Origin: Hormiphora californensis
Taxonomy: Eukaryota > Animalia > Ctenophora
Length of the DNA stretch: 64,000 bases
Assembly (NCBI GenBank): GCA_020137815.1
Contig: CM035351.1
Span: 6,448,001 to 6,512,000 of the forward strand
Direction: 5' to 3'
Shown: piece by piece, positions 1-13,577 of the stretch
Layout: each line of letters opens with the position of its first letter
Numbering within the stretch: the first letter of the stretch is position 1
The notes under the pieces: model-generated
Seen by the model: the letters and a program-made list of their open reading frames with translations, nothing else
The model's database searches: none
Told to the model about the DNA's origin: nothing
Position numbers and translations under genes: made by a program

Positions 1-1
1 T

Positions 2-461
2 ATGATGGTGAACCCTGGTATTGTTTTCACTACTGAAGCTCCAGATACTGCTAATAATACTGTGGAACAGTCCAGTACAACTGGGGAATTGAACAAGAGC
101 AACCGAGAGAGTGCAACTACAGGGGCTGATGGTGGGGTAAATAGTACTACTGGGGCTGCAGGATCAGGTGATTCGACCAGTGATGGAGGGGATAACACCA
201 CCACAGGGTGGCAGCAAGATAAGAACACCATGGGACCGAATACTACAACTGATGTTCAGAAAGAGGGTGGTGATGGGGGCACAGCACAGGACCCTGTACA
301 CGAGGAACTGGGTAGGTAGACATGATGTTAGATTGTAGTTTTGATGTCGTTGATGTTTAACATCACAATCCCCCCTTTCAGAGCAAAGTAGTGCGATGGG
401 ATCATTTCCTGGATTAATGTGTCTAAGTTTCTTCTACTGCTGCAGCCTACTGTTAGTCTGA
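2..461 (+). CDS. 3' end of a Thr/Gly/Ser-rich, probably GPI-anchored surface protein (5' part outside window); exons <2-311 and 382-461
   Basis: Low-complexity T/G/S/D ORF. Donor gtaggt at 312, acceptor ccccctttcag ending at 381. Spliced C-terminus EQSSAMGSFPGLMCLSFFYCCSLLLV* has small residues followed by a hydrophobic tail, like a GPI signal. Confidence 0.55.
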
Positions 462-676
462 TCACCCTTTTGAAAAACTCAGAACTACACTACTTTCAAT
501 GTACCGGGTGTGGCATTATTTACCAATAACCTGATAACTTACCCTCCAGCAGTTCTTGTTGAAATTGGGGTTGATTGCATCTTAATATTCTTGCCCTTAT
601 ACCTCTGAAGACAATAAGCATGGTTAATTGTAAATTATATTAATCAATCCAATCAAAGATGTTAATTTTTAAACAG

Positions 677-3600
677 TTAGGCAGTGTATTCGAATTTTCG
701 AACGGATCCCACGCGCAAGCGGGACAGGGTATTCTCCCTGTAAAGAAGTTGTCGCGCGTTACATACCGGTTCAGGAGCCTTGTAGATCTGTTTGAGGATG
801 CGTCTCTCTGTTTCCCCGAACAAAACCGAGGGAGTGTTGACATCTGTTGTGAGTTGATCATCTACTGTTGAGATACAGCTGGGCGAGAGAAGACCGGGGG
901 AATCTGCAAAACGGAGCTGTTTAACCCTGTTTTTGCTACCTCCAGTTGCACTGCGGAGTGGGGTGATGAGATCTGATTTCTCAGCTGCCATTTCTGGGGT
1001 CACAAATCCATCCTCCACAGGTCTTGTTGCTGGTTCTGAGGGTTGCTGATTGGTGACTGGTAGGACCTGGCGTGACTCTTGGTGATCATCAATTGGGATA
1101 GGTTGTGAAGTTTCCACAGGTGGGGTATCTTCTTCTTCTCTATCAGCAGTAGCAACTGGAGGTGGTTCAGTGGTAGAAACTAGATCCACATGTGATGGTG
1201 AGGTCTCTGGTTCAGCAGGAATAGGGGCAGGCTGCTGTTCGATAGGGGCAGGCTGCTGGACGCCTATTTCTTCAACTGCATCACACATTTCATCTACTTC
1301 CATTTCTTCACAACACTCCACTGACTCAGTTGGTTCAGCCACCCCGGGTGTCTTCACAGCCACTTCATATTCCCCAACCTTCCCAGTTGTCTCATGAGGG
1401 AGAGGTTTGGTGGAGTCTACAGGGATGGTTTTTTCTAATTGTGGAATCACAGGGGTGGTGGATTCTGCGATAATAGGAGTGGAGGTTGCTAGTGCGAATT
1501 GTTCCTCAACTTCCATCTCTTCGTCCATGCACTCGTGGTACTCGGACATAGATATCTCGAGAGGTAAAGTAGCAACGGGTTCCTTAGCAACAAACTGTTC
1601 CTCAGCAACAACCTGTTCTTTGGCAACAACGGGTTCCTCAGCAACAACCTGTTCCTCAGCAACAAACTGTTCCTTAGTAACAACGGGTCCCTCAGCAACA
1701 ATATGTTCCTTGGCAACAACCGGTTCCTTAACAACAAGGAGTTCCTTAGCAACAACCGGTTCCTCGGCGATAACCGGTTTTTCAGCAACAATCTGTTCCT
1801 TGGCAACAACCGGTTCCTCCGGAACAACTGGTTCCTTAGCAACAACCGGTTCCTCAGCAGCAACAACTGGTTCCTCGGCAACAATCGGTTCCTCGCGAAC
1901 AACTGGTTCCTCGGCAACAACTGGTTCCTCTGCAACAGCAGGTTTCTTAGCAACCGGTTCCTCTGCAACAAACTGTTCCTCAGGGACAACAGGTTCCTTA
2001 ACAACAACAGGTTCCTCAGGGACAACCGGTTTCTCAGCAACAAACTGTTCCTCAGTAACCTCCTCAGAAACAACAGGTGGTATAACAATGAAGGGTTCTT
2101 CCAAAACAGAAGGATCCTCACTAGTTTGTACAAGAACGAATGCTTCCTCGGCAGGTCTCTCTGAGGTTGCAGGGAGGTCCGTCATGGCCTCTGCAAGGGC
2201 AGCAACATCATTAGTTGTATTGACAGTTTCCTCGATTTCGGAATCAATTATTTTAGTTTCTACATTATTTTTCTTTGGAGTATTCACATCTTTGACGTCG
2301 TGTTCCAGTTCCAGCGATGCGTTTGTTACAACCTGGCTATCCCTAGCTGGTGAAGCAGAAAACACCTCCTCCTGTGCAGGGTAGTGTACCTCCTCTTGTG
2401 CAGGGTAGTGTACCTCCTCTTGTGCAGGGCAGTGTACCTCCTCTTGTGCAGGGTAGTGTACCTCCTCTTGTGCAGGGTAGTGTACCTCCTCTTGTGCAGG
2501 GTAGTGTACCTCCTCTTGTGCAGGGCAGTGTACCTCCTCTTGTGCAGGGTAGTGTACCTCCTCTTGTGCAGGGTAGTGTACCTCCTCTTGTGCAGGGCAG
2601 TGTACCTCCTCTTGTGCAGGGTAGTGTACCTCCTCTTGTGCAGGGCAGTGCACCTCCTCTTGTGCAGGGCAGTGTACCTCCTCTTGTGCAGGGTAGTGTA
2701 CCTCCTCTTGTGCAGGGTAGTGTACCTCCTCTTGTGCAGGGCAGTGTACCTCCTCTTGTGCAGGGCAGTGTATCTCATCTTGTGCAGGGCAGTGTACCTC
2801 CTCGTGTGCAGGGCAGTGTACCTCCTCTTGTGCAGGGTAGTGTACCTCCTCTTGTGCAGGGTAGTGTATCTCCTCTTGTGCAGGGTAGTGTACCTCCTCT
2901 TGTGCCGAGTCTCGTTCTTGCTCAACAATAACCTGTTCTTGGGCTAGAATATCATCATGTATTGCTGAGGACTTCACAGGGGTTCCTTCCATCGCAGGAG
3001 CATGTATTCTTGTAGGTGTCTGTTCTCTCATGGGGCTGCCCTGGCCAGGAAGTTGACTGAGTGAGAAGTTCAAGTTTTCAGGTGCTTGTACACGTCGAAC
3101 AGGGGAAGCTGCACCAAAGTCTTCGTACACGGTTCGGGAGGCTAATGACCTGCGCAGTTCCCTGAGAGGACTGTCTGGAATGAACCCCTCAAACACTGGC
3201 AGATCCTCAACAACAGACGGTCTGGCTACCTTGACAGGCACTACAGGTGATTCTAGCTCTGTGGTAGTGGTGTATTTCCGTTCAATTGAGGCAGCAATGT
3301 CTTTAGAGGATACCTCGCCCTCGTCATCAGCATCCGTCTCCTGACCATATTTGGAAGTGATGAAGTTGGCAATGTTCCTGATACACTTGTCACCGTCCAA
3401 GGTGTCTCCAGTTCCCTGTCCATCCAGAGCAGCAAGATGACTCTCAAAGAAGTCATCGGACTCCTCGTGCTTGGTGGGACTCTCTGTTAGGAGGTCGTCC
3501 TCCTCCTCTGGAGTAAAGACACCGTGATGTTTGGTGGCTTCAAATAACAGCATGTTCCCTAGGTTGTTTATCTCATTCAGTCTTTCTCCCGGGACCACCG

Positions 3601-4227
3601 GGCTCTCTTCCGGTTTATTGCCTGCTAAACCACTCTTGTCAAGATTCAGGTTGGAGATACTTTCACAAAGATCTGAAATGCTGACATTGGCACTGGTCGG
3701 TGGGGTAACTTTCAAAATCTCCTCTTCTTCTTCATCTGGTTCTGCAAGAAGCATCATCTCGGTCTGCTCTCCAATATCACCGAAAATCAAGGGAAGCTGC
3801 AACCGGCAAGGCGTCTTCATAGAAAGATTCATCTCTAGTTTTGATCTCAGATTTGGGTGTCTGGTTTAATTTCCTAATGTCCAATTGGAACATTCCAACT
3901 GTAGACTCGAATACAGGAGAGTGAACATCGAAGAACTCCTCCTCTGCAACAGTTCCTGAAAGAAAGAGGCTCGTTAGAGACATCCAGGGTATAACAAATT
4001 GGAGCACGAGACAGTTTCGAGCAACTCAACCTACTTAAAGGGGTTGATGGTGCGGATTTGCCTGGAGTCTGGAACTTTGTACTAGGTCCAAATGATATCT
4101 CATCGTCTGAAAAGTCACTGAAACGAAGGTCGGTTACAAACTAAGTTGCTGGTTCCTAGTATGCCTATTAACATAATAAATTGGACTTTGCAATGTACCT
4201 GCAAGTGTTAATGGATTTTCTATCCAT
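677..4227 (-). CDS. Large acidic, repeat-rich, probably disordered protein (about 1150 aa), 3 exons, two apparent +1 homopolymer indels
   Basis: 1051-aa ORF 677-3832 plus upstream exons (ATG 4227; exon 2 DDEISFGPSTKFQTPGKSAPSTPL; exon 3 TVAEEEFFDVHSP...). Reads in frame if one base is removed at 4216-4219 and at 3783-3786. Many S/T-P sites; KQLRF near the C-terminus. Confidence 0.7.
1570..2060 (-). repeat. Coding degenerate 18-bp repeat encoding (E/K)EPVVA
   Basis: Unit gcaacaaccggttcctYR repeated; translation EEPVVA/KEPVVA/EEQFVA. Confidence 0.9.
2371..2903 (-). repeat. Coding 24-bp tandem repeat, about 22 copies, encoding QEEVH(Y/C)PA
   Basis: Unit cctcctcttgtgcagggYagtgta directly visible. 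Confidence 0.95.
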
Positions 4228-5137
4228 CGTGGTATTTGGTCACACTATTCACTTTGGTTGCTAAAGAAAAGTTATTAATTTAAACATTTATGTCAACTTA
4301 GAATTCAATTTAAGAAACATTGTCAATGTGAAAAAGCAAGTTTAGTTTGGTCTGTACGCTCATGTTCACTGGAGCTGGCAAAACGCGTCTAATAAAATAA
4401 CAGGGACTGACGACTGTTTGCGGGTCTGCAGCGGTCCAAAGTTAAAACCCGGGCATGGGACGTGGTGTGAAGTAACCAATGGTGCTCCCTCATATTGGCC
4501 ACCCACTCAGCGTCGCCCGCGGCGTGGAGTACAGAGTGGTGGGTGCCTGGTGGTGAACGACGTTATAACGCAGTCCGCTAACGTCGTTTTTTTCGCGCGT
4601 TTTGGACACACTGTGTTCAGTGCTGTGGGCAGCGCTGTCCGGGTGGCCAATATGACGGAGCACCACTGATAGGCAGGACCCAGGAACGCTACTCCGATTG
4701 AGTGGAACCCTCTTGAGCAGGAGAAAAAAAAGAAAGTCTTCAAAATCTTGAAAAATCAAGCTTTGAAAAATGCAAATGATCATTTTTTTCAAAATCTGCG
4801 CGCGCGGAATCGGTTTTGGAAGTTTAAGCGCGGCGTAAACTTTGCGCGTGCGATGACGTCATCACGACTTGATGCCGTCATTTAATTCTGGCGTACTTCC
4901 TGGGATAGTAACCGCTCTCAAATTAAGCGCCCGCTCTTTCTTCAAAACCGAAGTAGAAGGGCCTGTGAGTGTCACCCGCTGTCCTTCCTTCGGGACAAAC
5001 AAATCGAAAAACCATTATTTTCTTTTGACTCAAAATTTGAGCAAATTAAGTTTTTCAGAAAAACATAAACATTTCAAATTCCCAAGAAAACACGCGATAA
5101 TAAAGCGTCTTTATGTCTCTATCTCTCAGACATCATT

Positions 5138-6784
<1,647 letters not shown>

Positions 6785-7346
6785 GATTAGAATTCACAGT
6801 TGGAGTAACGATGTGATGAGCAATTCAAAACGAGGAGAACAGAAGTGATCATGATTATCTGCGTGAAGGATCATGCGATATCCTCTGTCACGTGATTCCT
6901 CCTCTCGTTCTCATTGGTCCACCTGTCATTATCAATCATCGGCCGTTTCTCATTGTCATTTTGCTAGAGATAGATAGAGATTATAGTGAAAGAGGGAGAG
7001 AGAGAGAGAGATAGAGAGAAATCTTCGAGAAGTGAGACGTTAATCTGTCTTCTCGTACGAGAGAGATAACAACTCAAGAACAAAGAAATCATTAGCAACA
7101 ATTTGTAGCTTGAGTCACATTTCACAAAATATCTGATCATTTCTGACATCTGACTAGAAAAACAACTCTACACAAAAAGCGGGAAACTCATTTCCGGCAG
7201 TAAGACCTTCTGTCACGGCAAATGCCGAAATGTTGAACTTTTTACAGCTTCGTCAAGCCGCGCGTGACAGAGCCACTCAACCGGGAACAGTGAAAACTAA
7301 ACTTAAAATTTGATAATTTTCAATGTTATTTTGTTTTTCCTACTTT

Positions 7347-9412
7347 CTAGGAATCAACATCGTATACAACATGTAGATCATAGCAGTGGCCACAGTGATG
7401 GGGACAACCAAACATTCCTTCGTCTGAATAACACCTCTTTCTTGTTTTGAATCTGTGGCACTCGATAAAGCTTCGAATATCACTGGACACACAATCAACC
7501 CGGCCACTACAATCATCTCCATAGAAACCCTGGGGGCAGGCACACATTTCCTCAAATTTAGAACCCGTTTCGGTGAGTTGGTTGGAGTAACGGCACACTT
7601 TGGGGTATTTGCAGGTTTTGGCACACGGTTCCTCGCAAGTAGGCCCAGCAAAACCAGCCACACACTCGCACGTTCCATCCAGATGACAGTATCCACCTGA
7701 TGTGGAAGATAGTAAATTGGGGAAAATTGTAAGATATTATGTAACCGTGTTATGTAACCAAATGTTACCTTATTGTAACCAATTCAGTGGTACTAACCGT
7801 TTTTGCAGTTACACACATTCTGACACTCCTTTCCCCAGGATTTCTGTCGGTTACAGATGCACAAACCTGCATCGTCACATCTCCCGTAGTTACACTTGCA
7901 CGGTTTCTTACACTGGGGGGTAGTGGTAACTTTAGGGGGCCGGGGCTTCAAGTATATCAATAGTAAGGGCCCCTACTATTACGTGGAGTTACAGTGGATA
8001 CAAGCTAAAGATGATTGGATTGTTCCTTGTACCTATACAGCATTACTAGGTCCATATTCTTGATTTATCTAAAATTGTCTGAAAGGGTAAGTTTCACTCA
8101 CGGTTAGTCCATAGTAGTCGTTTGAACAGATACAAGCACAACTCCTGTGAGACAACTGACCACCATTCTTGCACTTCAACTTGCACTCTTTCTCACACTT
8201 GTCACCATAGTAACCCTGTGAGACATGGGTATAAGATGATAGGGAGCAGCTAAAAGGGACATGATTTATGAAAACACGGAGAAGACTCAAGACAACCAAT
8301 GGATATTGAGAGAACTGCTAATATAATTGACCTTGTTGAGTTACTCAACAAAATTTACCAGGGTGCAGAAGCACGAATCCACAAGTTGAGTTTTAATGTA
8401 CCGTGCCCCATTCTGACATTCTAGTTTGTTGCTGTATGCTGTTACACGTGGTACTACAAAGGTGTTCCACAGGAACTGCCGCTCCCTAGTCCTAGCAACT
8501 CTGGGAGTGGGAGGGAGGGTGTTAGGAGCAACTCTGGGAGTGGCGGAGGGAGGGTGTTAGGAGCAACTCTGGGAGTGGCGGAGGGAGGGTGTTAGGAGCA
8601 ACTCTGGGAGTGGCGGAGGGAGGGGTGTTAGGAGCAACTCTGGGAGTGGCGGAGGGAGGGTGTTAGGAGCAACTCTGGGAGTGGGAGGGAGGGTGTTAGG
8701 AGCAACTCTGGGAGTGGGAGGGAGGGATTTTAGTCATTCTAGGGGGGGGGGGGGTACCACACAACTAGAAACAACTCACTTAGTGATATCTGGGTACCAC
8801 ACAACTTGAAACAACTCACTTAGTGATATCTGGGTACCACACATCCAGAGTTTTGGCAGCGTGAATCTTAGGTAGTACAGTACCGAAATAATTAGGGCCA
8901 TATGTCGCCAGCATTACCCACTGGGGCAGATACCTGGGGAGATATTTTATTTAGGGCACACATCTGACAGAATCATGAATTACATGGCATCATGAATTAC
9001 AAGGATAGATTGATGTATGGGTCAGGATCAAATCATGTAACGTACAAACAAACAAAAAAACAAACAAACAAACAAACAAACAAACAAACAAACAAACAAA
9101 CAAACAAACAAACAAACAAACAAACAAACAAACAAACAAACAAACAAACAAACAAACAAACAAACACACGTACTGTCTGGTAGAGTAGGTCTCACAATCA
9201 AAATCAAATATCTCATCAGCGACAAAGAATATCTCGTAACACATCCTCATCATAACAGCTAGGGGTCCCTTCTTGTAGAGGAGGGGTTTCACCACCGCCT
9301 CCCCATACGAGGTCACCAACTGGGCCCCAGAGCTACCAATACTGGCCCACACCTTAGCGGAGCTGTAATCAGCAAACTGGATGTACGCTTTACCCGGCAT
9401 AAACTGGACATC
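7347..9412 (-). pseudogene. Duplicated 3' part (six exons) of the papain-like/EGF/ShK gene, lacking its own 5' exons
   Basis: Same exons as about 11404-13497 with splice sites intact; translations identical where compared. Confidence 0.7.
8493..8727. repeat. G-rich intronic minisatellite (about 31-34 bp unit gtgttaggagcaactctgggagtggcggagggagg); second copy about 12570-12840
   Basis: Tandem units directly visible. Confidence 0.9.
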
Positions 9413-9493
9413 TGGGAAGAGAGATGGGGAGGCCATGCAATGGTAACGAAGTTACCCCTCTCTTGCCGGCGCGGCGTGCGAAGCACGCCAAAC

Positions 9494-10740
9494 CCGGGAA
9501 GGGCTACAAATTGGTCCCGGGTTTGTGTGATTTGGTCAAAAGGTCTCTTTACTGTGGCCCATCAAAGATGGCCACTCTGCAAATACGTATTTGGCTCTTG
9601 TGGCTGCAGATGTAAACCAAAAGAAAATTTATTATACACTAAAATTTGCGTCTTCCCAAGGCGAACAACCTGGTTTTTACGACATTCCATTTCATGCAGG
9701 CGTTCAAAAATGACAGCAGAAAAACTGGTACAGTGGATTTCGGAAATACCCCTACTTCAACAAACCCTAATCCAGATAAGATTTCGCAAAAATATACATC
9801 TTTATACATGAAAATGAAGCTCAGACAAATGCCAACGTGATGCAAAAAACGGGAAGTGTCTAACTTATTTCGTTTAGAAGCTATTGCCAAAGTAAAAGTG
9901 CTTATATTTGCCTTGAAAACACCCTCTAAAAGCCCTGAAAAACAGCAAATCTGTCTAAAAATGCAATACGAATAAAATGTCACCTCCAGTGCACCAACTT
10001 AGTCCCCTGTGGACAGAATTTGTTTGAAATTGTCAGAAATTGTGTAAAAGTATGGTTTTTAGAGGGTGTTTTTAAGGCAAATATAAGCACTTTTACTTTG
10101 GCTATAGCTTCTAAACGAAATAAGTTAGACACTTCTCGTTTTTTGCATCACGTTGGCATTTGTCTGAGCTTCATTTTCATGTATAAAGATGTATATTTTT
10201 GCGAAATCTTATCTGGATTAGGGTTTGTTGAAGTAGGGGTATTTCCGAAATCCACTGTACCAGTTTTTCTGCTGTCATTTTTGAACGCCTGCATGAAATG
10301 GAATGTCGTAAAAACCAGGTTGTTCGCCTTGGGAAGACGCAAATTTTAGTGTATAATAAATTTTCTTTTGGTTTACATCTGCAGCCACAAGAGCCAAATA
10401 CGTATTTGCAGAGTGGCCATCTTTGATGGGCCACAGTAAAGAGACCTTTTGACCAAATCACACAAACCCGGGACCAATTTGTAGCAAATCGATTGTATTT
10501 TATTAGTCTAGAAGCACAAGATCATATCTTGAAATGAAATATTTTTAAAATCTCTAGAAAGCGTAAAAAGTCGAAAATCGCTGAAAAATGACAGTTTTTG
10601 CCGTTTTACGCAAAAACCGCTACGTATTCGATTTTAATTTTATGTTTTTCGGATTCCTCGGTCAAAAATACGTAACCTAGGTCCGGTCTCCAAAATACTT
10701 TATCTAGCCGAGGTTTCACCTCCTTAAGGGACACCGTGTA
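9494..10740. mobile_element. Truncated non-autonomous Tc1/mariner-like element with an internal inverted repeat of about 430 bp
   Basis: Arms 9503-9931 and 10057-10485 are reverse complements. Right end reads TA|CACGGTGTCCC on the minus strand, resembling TA|CAGGGTG-type Tc1/mariner termini. No matching left end seen. Confidence 0.6.
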
Positions 10741-13577
10741 GAGAGATGTAAGATGTTAGAAATAAAACAGTAAAACACACTGGACACTGGACATCGATTT
10801 TAATAAAACAGCCGGGAAATATAACTTACCATGATTAGAATTCACAGTTGGAGTAACGATGTGATGAGCAATTCAAAACGAGGAGAACAGAAGTGATCAT
10901 GATTATCTGCGTGAAGGATCATGCGATATCCTCTGTCACGTGATTCCTCCTCTCGTTCTCATTGGTCCACCTGTCATTATCAATCATCGGCCGTTTCTCA
11001 TTGTCATTTTGCTAGAGATAGATAGAGATTATAGTGAAAGAGGGAGAGAGAGAGAGAGATAGAGAGAGTCGAGAGAAATCTTCGAGAAGTGAGACGTTAA
11101 TCTGTCTTCTCGTACGAGAGAGATAACAACTCAAGAACAAAGAAATCATTAGCAACAATTTGTAGCTTGAGTCACATTTCACAAAATATCTGATCATTTC
11201 TGACATCTGACTAGAAAAACAACTCTACACAAAAAGCGGGAAACTCATTTCCGGCAGTAAGACCTTCTGTCACGGCAAATGCCGAAATGTTGAACTTTTT
11301 ACAGCCTCGTCAAGCCGCGCGTGACAGAGCCACACGACCGGGAACAGTGAAAATTAAACTTAAAATTTGACAATTTTCAATGTTATTTTGTTTTTCCTAC
11401 TTTCTAGGAATCAACATCGTATACAACATGTAGATCATAGCAGTGACCACAGTGATGGGGACAACCAAACATTCCTTCGTCTGAATAACACCTCTTTCTT
11501 GTTTTGAATCTGTGGCACTCGATAAAGCTTCGAATATCACTGGACACACAATCAACCCGGCCACTACAATCATCTCCATAGAAACCCTGGGGACAGGCAC
11601 ACATTTCCTCAAACTTAGAACCCGTTTCGGTGAGTTGGTTGGAGTAACGGCACACTTTGGGGTATTTGCAGGTTTTGGCACACGGTTCCTCGCAAGTAGG
11701 CCCAGCAAAACCAGCCACACACTCGCACGTTCCATCCAGATGACAGTATCCACCTGATGTGGAAGATAGTAAATTAGGGGAGTATTGTAAGATATTATGT
11801 AACCGTGTTATGTAACCAAAGGTGACCTTAATGTAACCAATTCCGTGGTACTAACCGTTTTTGCAGTTACACACATTCTGACACTCCTTTCCCCAGGATT
11901 TCTGTCGGTTACAGATGCACAAACCTGCATCGTCACATCTCCCGTAGTTACACTTGCACGGTTTCTTACACTGGGGGGTAGTGGTAACTTTAGGGGGCCG
12001 GGGGGGGGGGGGGGGGGGGGGGCTTCAAGTATATCAATAGTAGGGGCCCCTACTATTACGTGGAATTATAGTGGATACAAGCTAAAGATGATTGGATTGC
12101 TCCTTGTACCTATACAACATTACTAGGTCCAAATTCTTGATTTATCTAAAATTGTCTGAAAGGGTAAGTTTCACTCACGGTTAGTCCATAATAATCGTTT
12201 GAACAGATACAAGCACAACTCCTGTGAGACAACTGACCACCATTCTTGCACTTCAACTTGCACTCTTTCTCACACTTGTCACCATAGTAACCCTGTGAGA
12301 CATGGGTATAAGATTATAGGGAGCAGCTAAAAGGGACATGATTTATGAAAACACGGAGAAGACTCAAGACAACCAATGGATATTGAGCGAACTGCTAATA
12401 TAATTGACCTTGTTGAGTTACTCAATAAAATTTACCAGGGTGCAGAAACACGAATCCACAAGTTGAGTTTTAATATACCGTGCCCCATTCTGACATTCTA
12501 GTTTGTTGCTGTATGCGGTAACACGTGGTACTACAAAGGTGTTCCACAGGAACTGCCGCTCCCTAGTCCTAGCAACTCTGGGAGTGGGAGGGAGGGTGTT
12601 AGGAGCAACTCTGGGAGTGGTGGAGGGAGGGTGTTAGGATCAACTCTGAGAGTGGGAGGGAGGGTGTTAGGAGCAACTCTGGGAGTGGGAGGGAGGGGTG
12701 TTAGGAGCAACTCTGGGAGTGGTGGAGGGAGGGGTGTTAGGAGCAACTCTGGGAGTGGGAGGGGGGGGGGGTGTTAGGAGCAACTCTGGGAGTGGGAGGG
12801 AGGGTGTTAGGAGCAACTCTGGGCGTAGGAGGGAGGGGTTTTAGTCATTCTAGGGGGGGTATCACACAACTAGAAACAACTCACTTAGTGATATCTGGGT
12901 ACCACACAACTAGAAACAACTCACTTAGTGATATCTGGGTACCACACATCCAGAGTTTTGGCAGCGTGAATCTTAGGTAGTACAGTACCGAAATAATTAG
13001 GGCCATATGTCGCCAGCATTACCCACTGGGGCAGATACCTGGGGAGAGATTTTATTTAGGGCACACATCTGACAGAAGGTAGTTTGAAGTTAGAGGTATG
13101 GATCAGGATTAAATCACGTAATGTACAAACAAACAAACAAACAAACAAACAAACATACAAACAAACAAACAAACAAACAAACAAACAAACAAACAAACAA
13201 ACAAACAAACAAACAAACAAACAAACAAACAAACAAACAAACAAACATACACACTTACTGTCTGGTAGAGTAGGTCTCACAATCAAAATCAAATATCTCA
13301 TCAGCGACAAAGAATATCTCATAACACATCCTCATCATGACGGCTAGGGGTCCCTTTTTGTAAAGGAGGGGTTTCACCACCGCCTCCCCGTACGAGGTCA
13401 CCAACTGGGCCCCAGAGCTACCAATACTGGCCCACACCTTAGCGGAGCTGTAATCAGCAAACTGGATGTACGCTTTACCCGGCATAAACTGGACATCTGG
13501 GAAGAGAGATGGGGAGGCCATGCAATGGTAACGAAGTTACCCCTCTCTTGCCGGCGCGGCGTGCGAAGCACGCCAAA
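10739..13577. repeat. Copy B of the 2.8-kb tandem duplication
   Basis: Near-identical to 6690-9493; continuous with the rest of the protease-like gene. Confidence 0.95.

Noticed and set aside
1170-2947. Alternative-frame and antisense ORFs over the repeat protein (likewise over tubulin, ARP3, DHX35, FIP1L1)
   Set aside because: Shadows of repetitive or codon-biased real CDSs.
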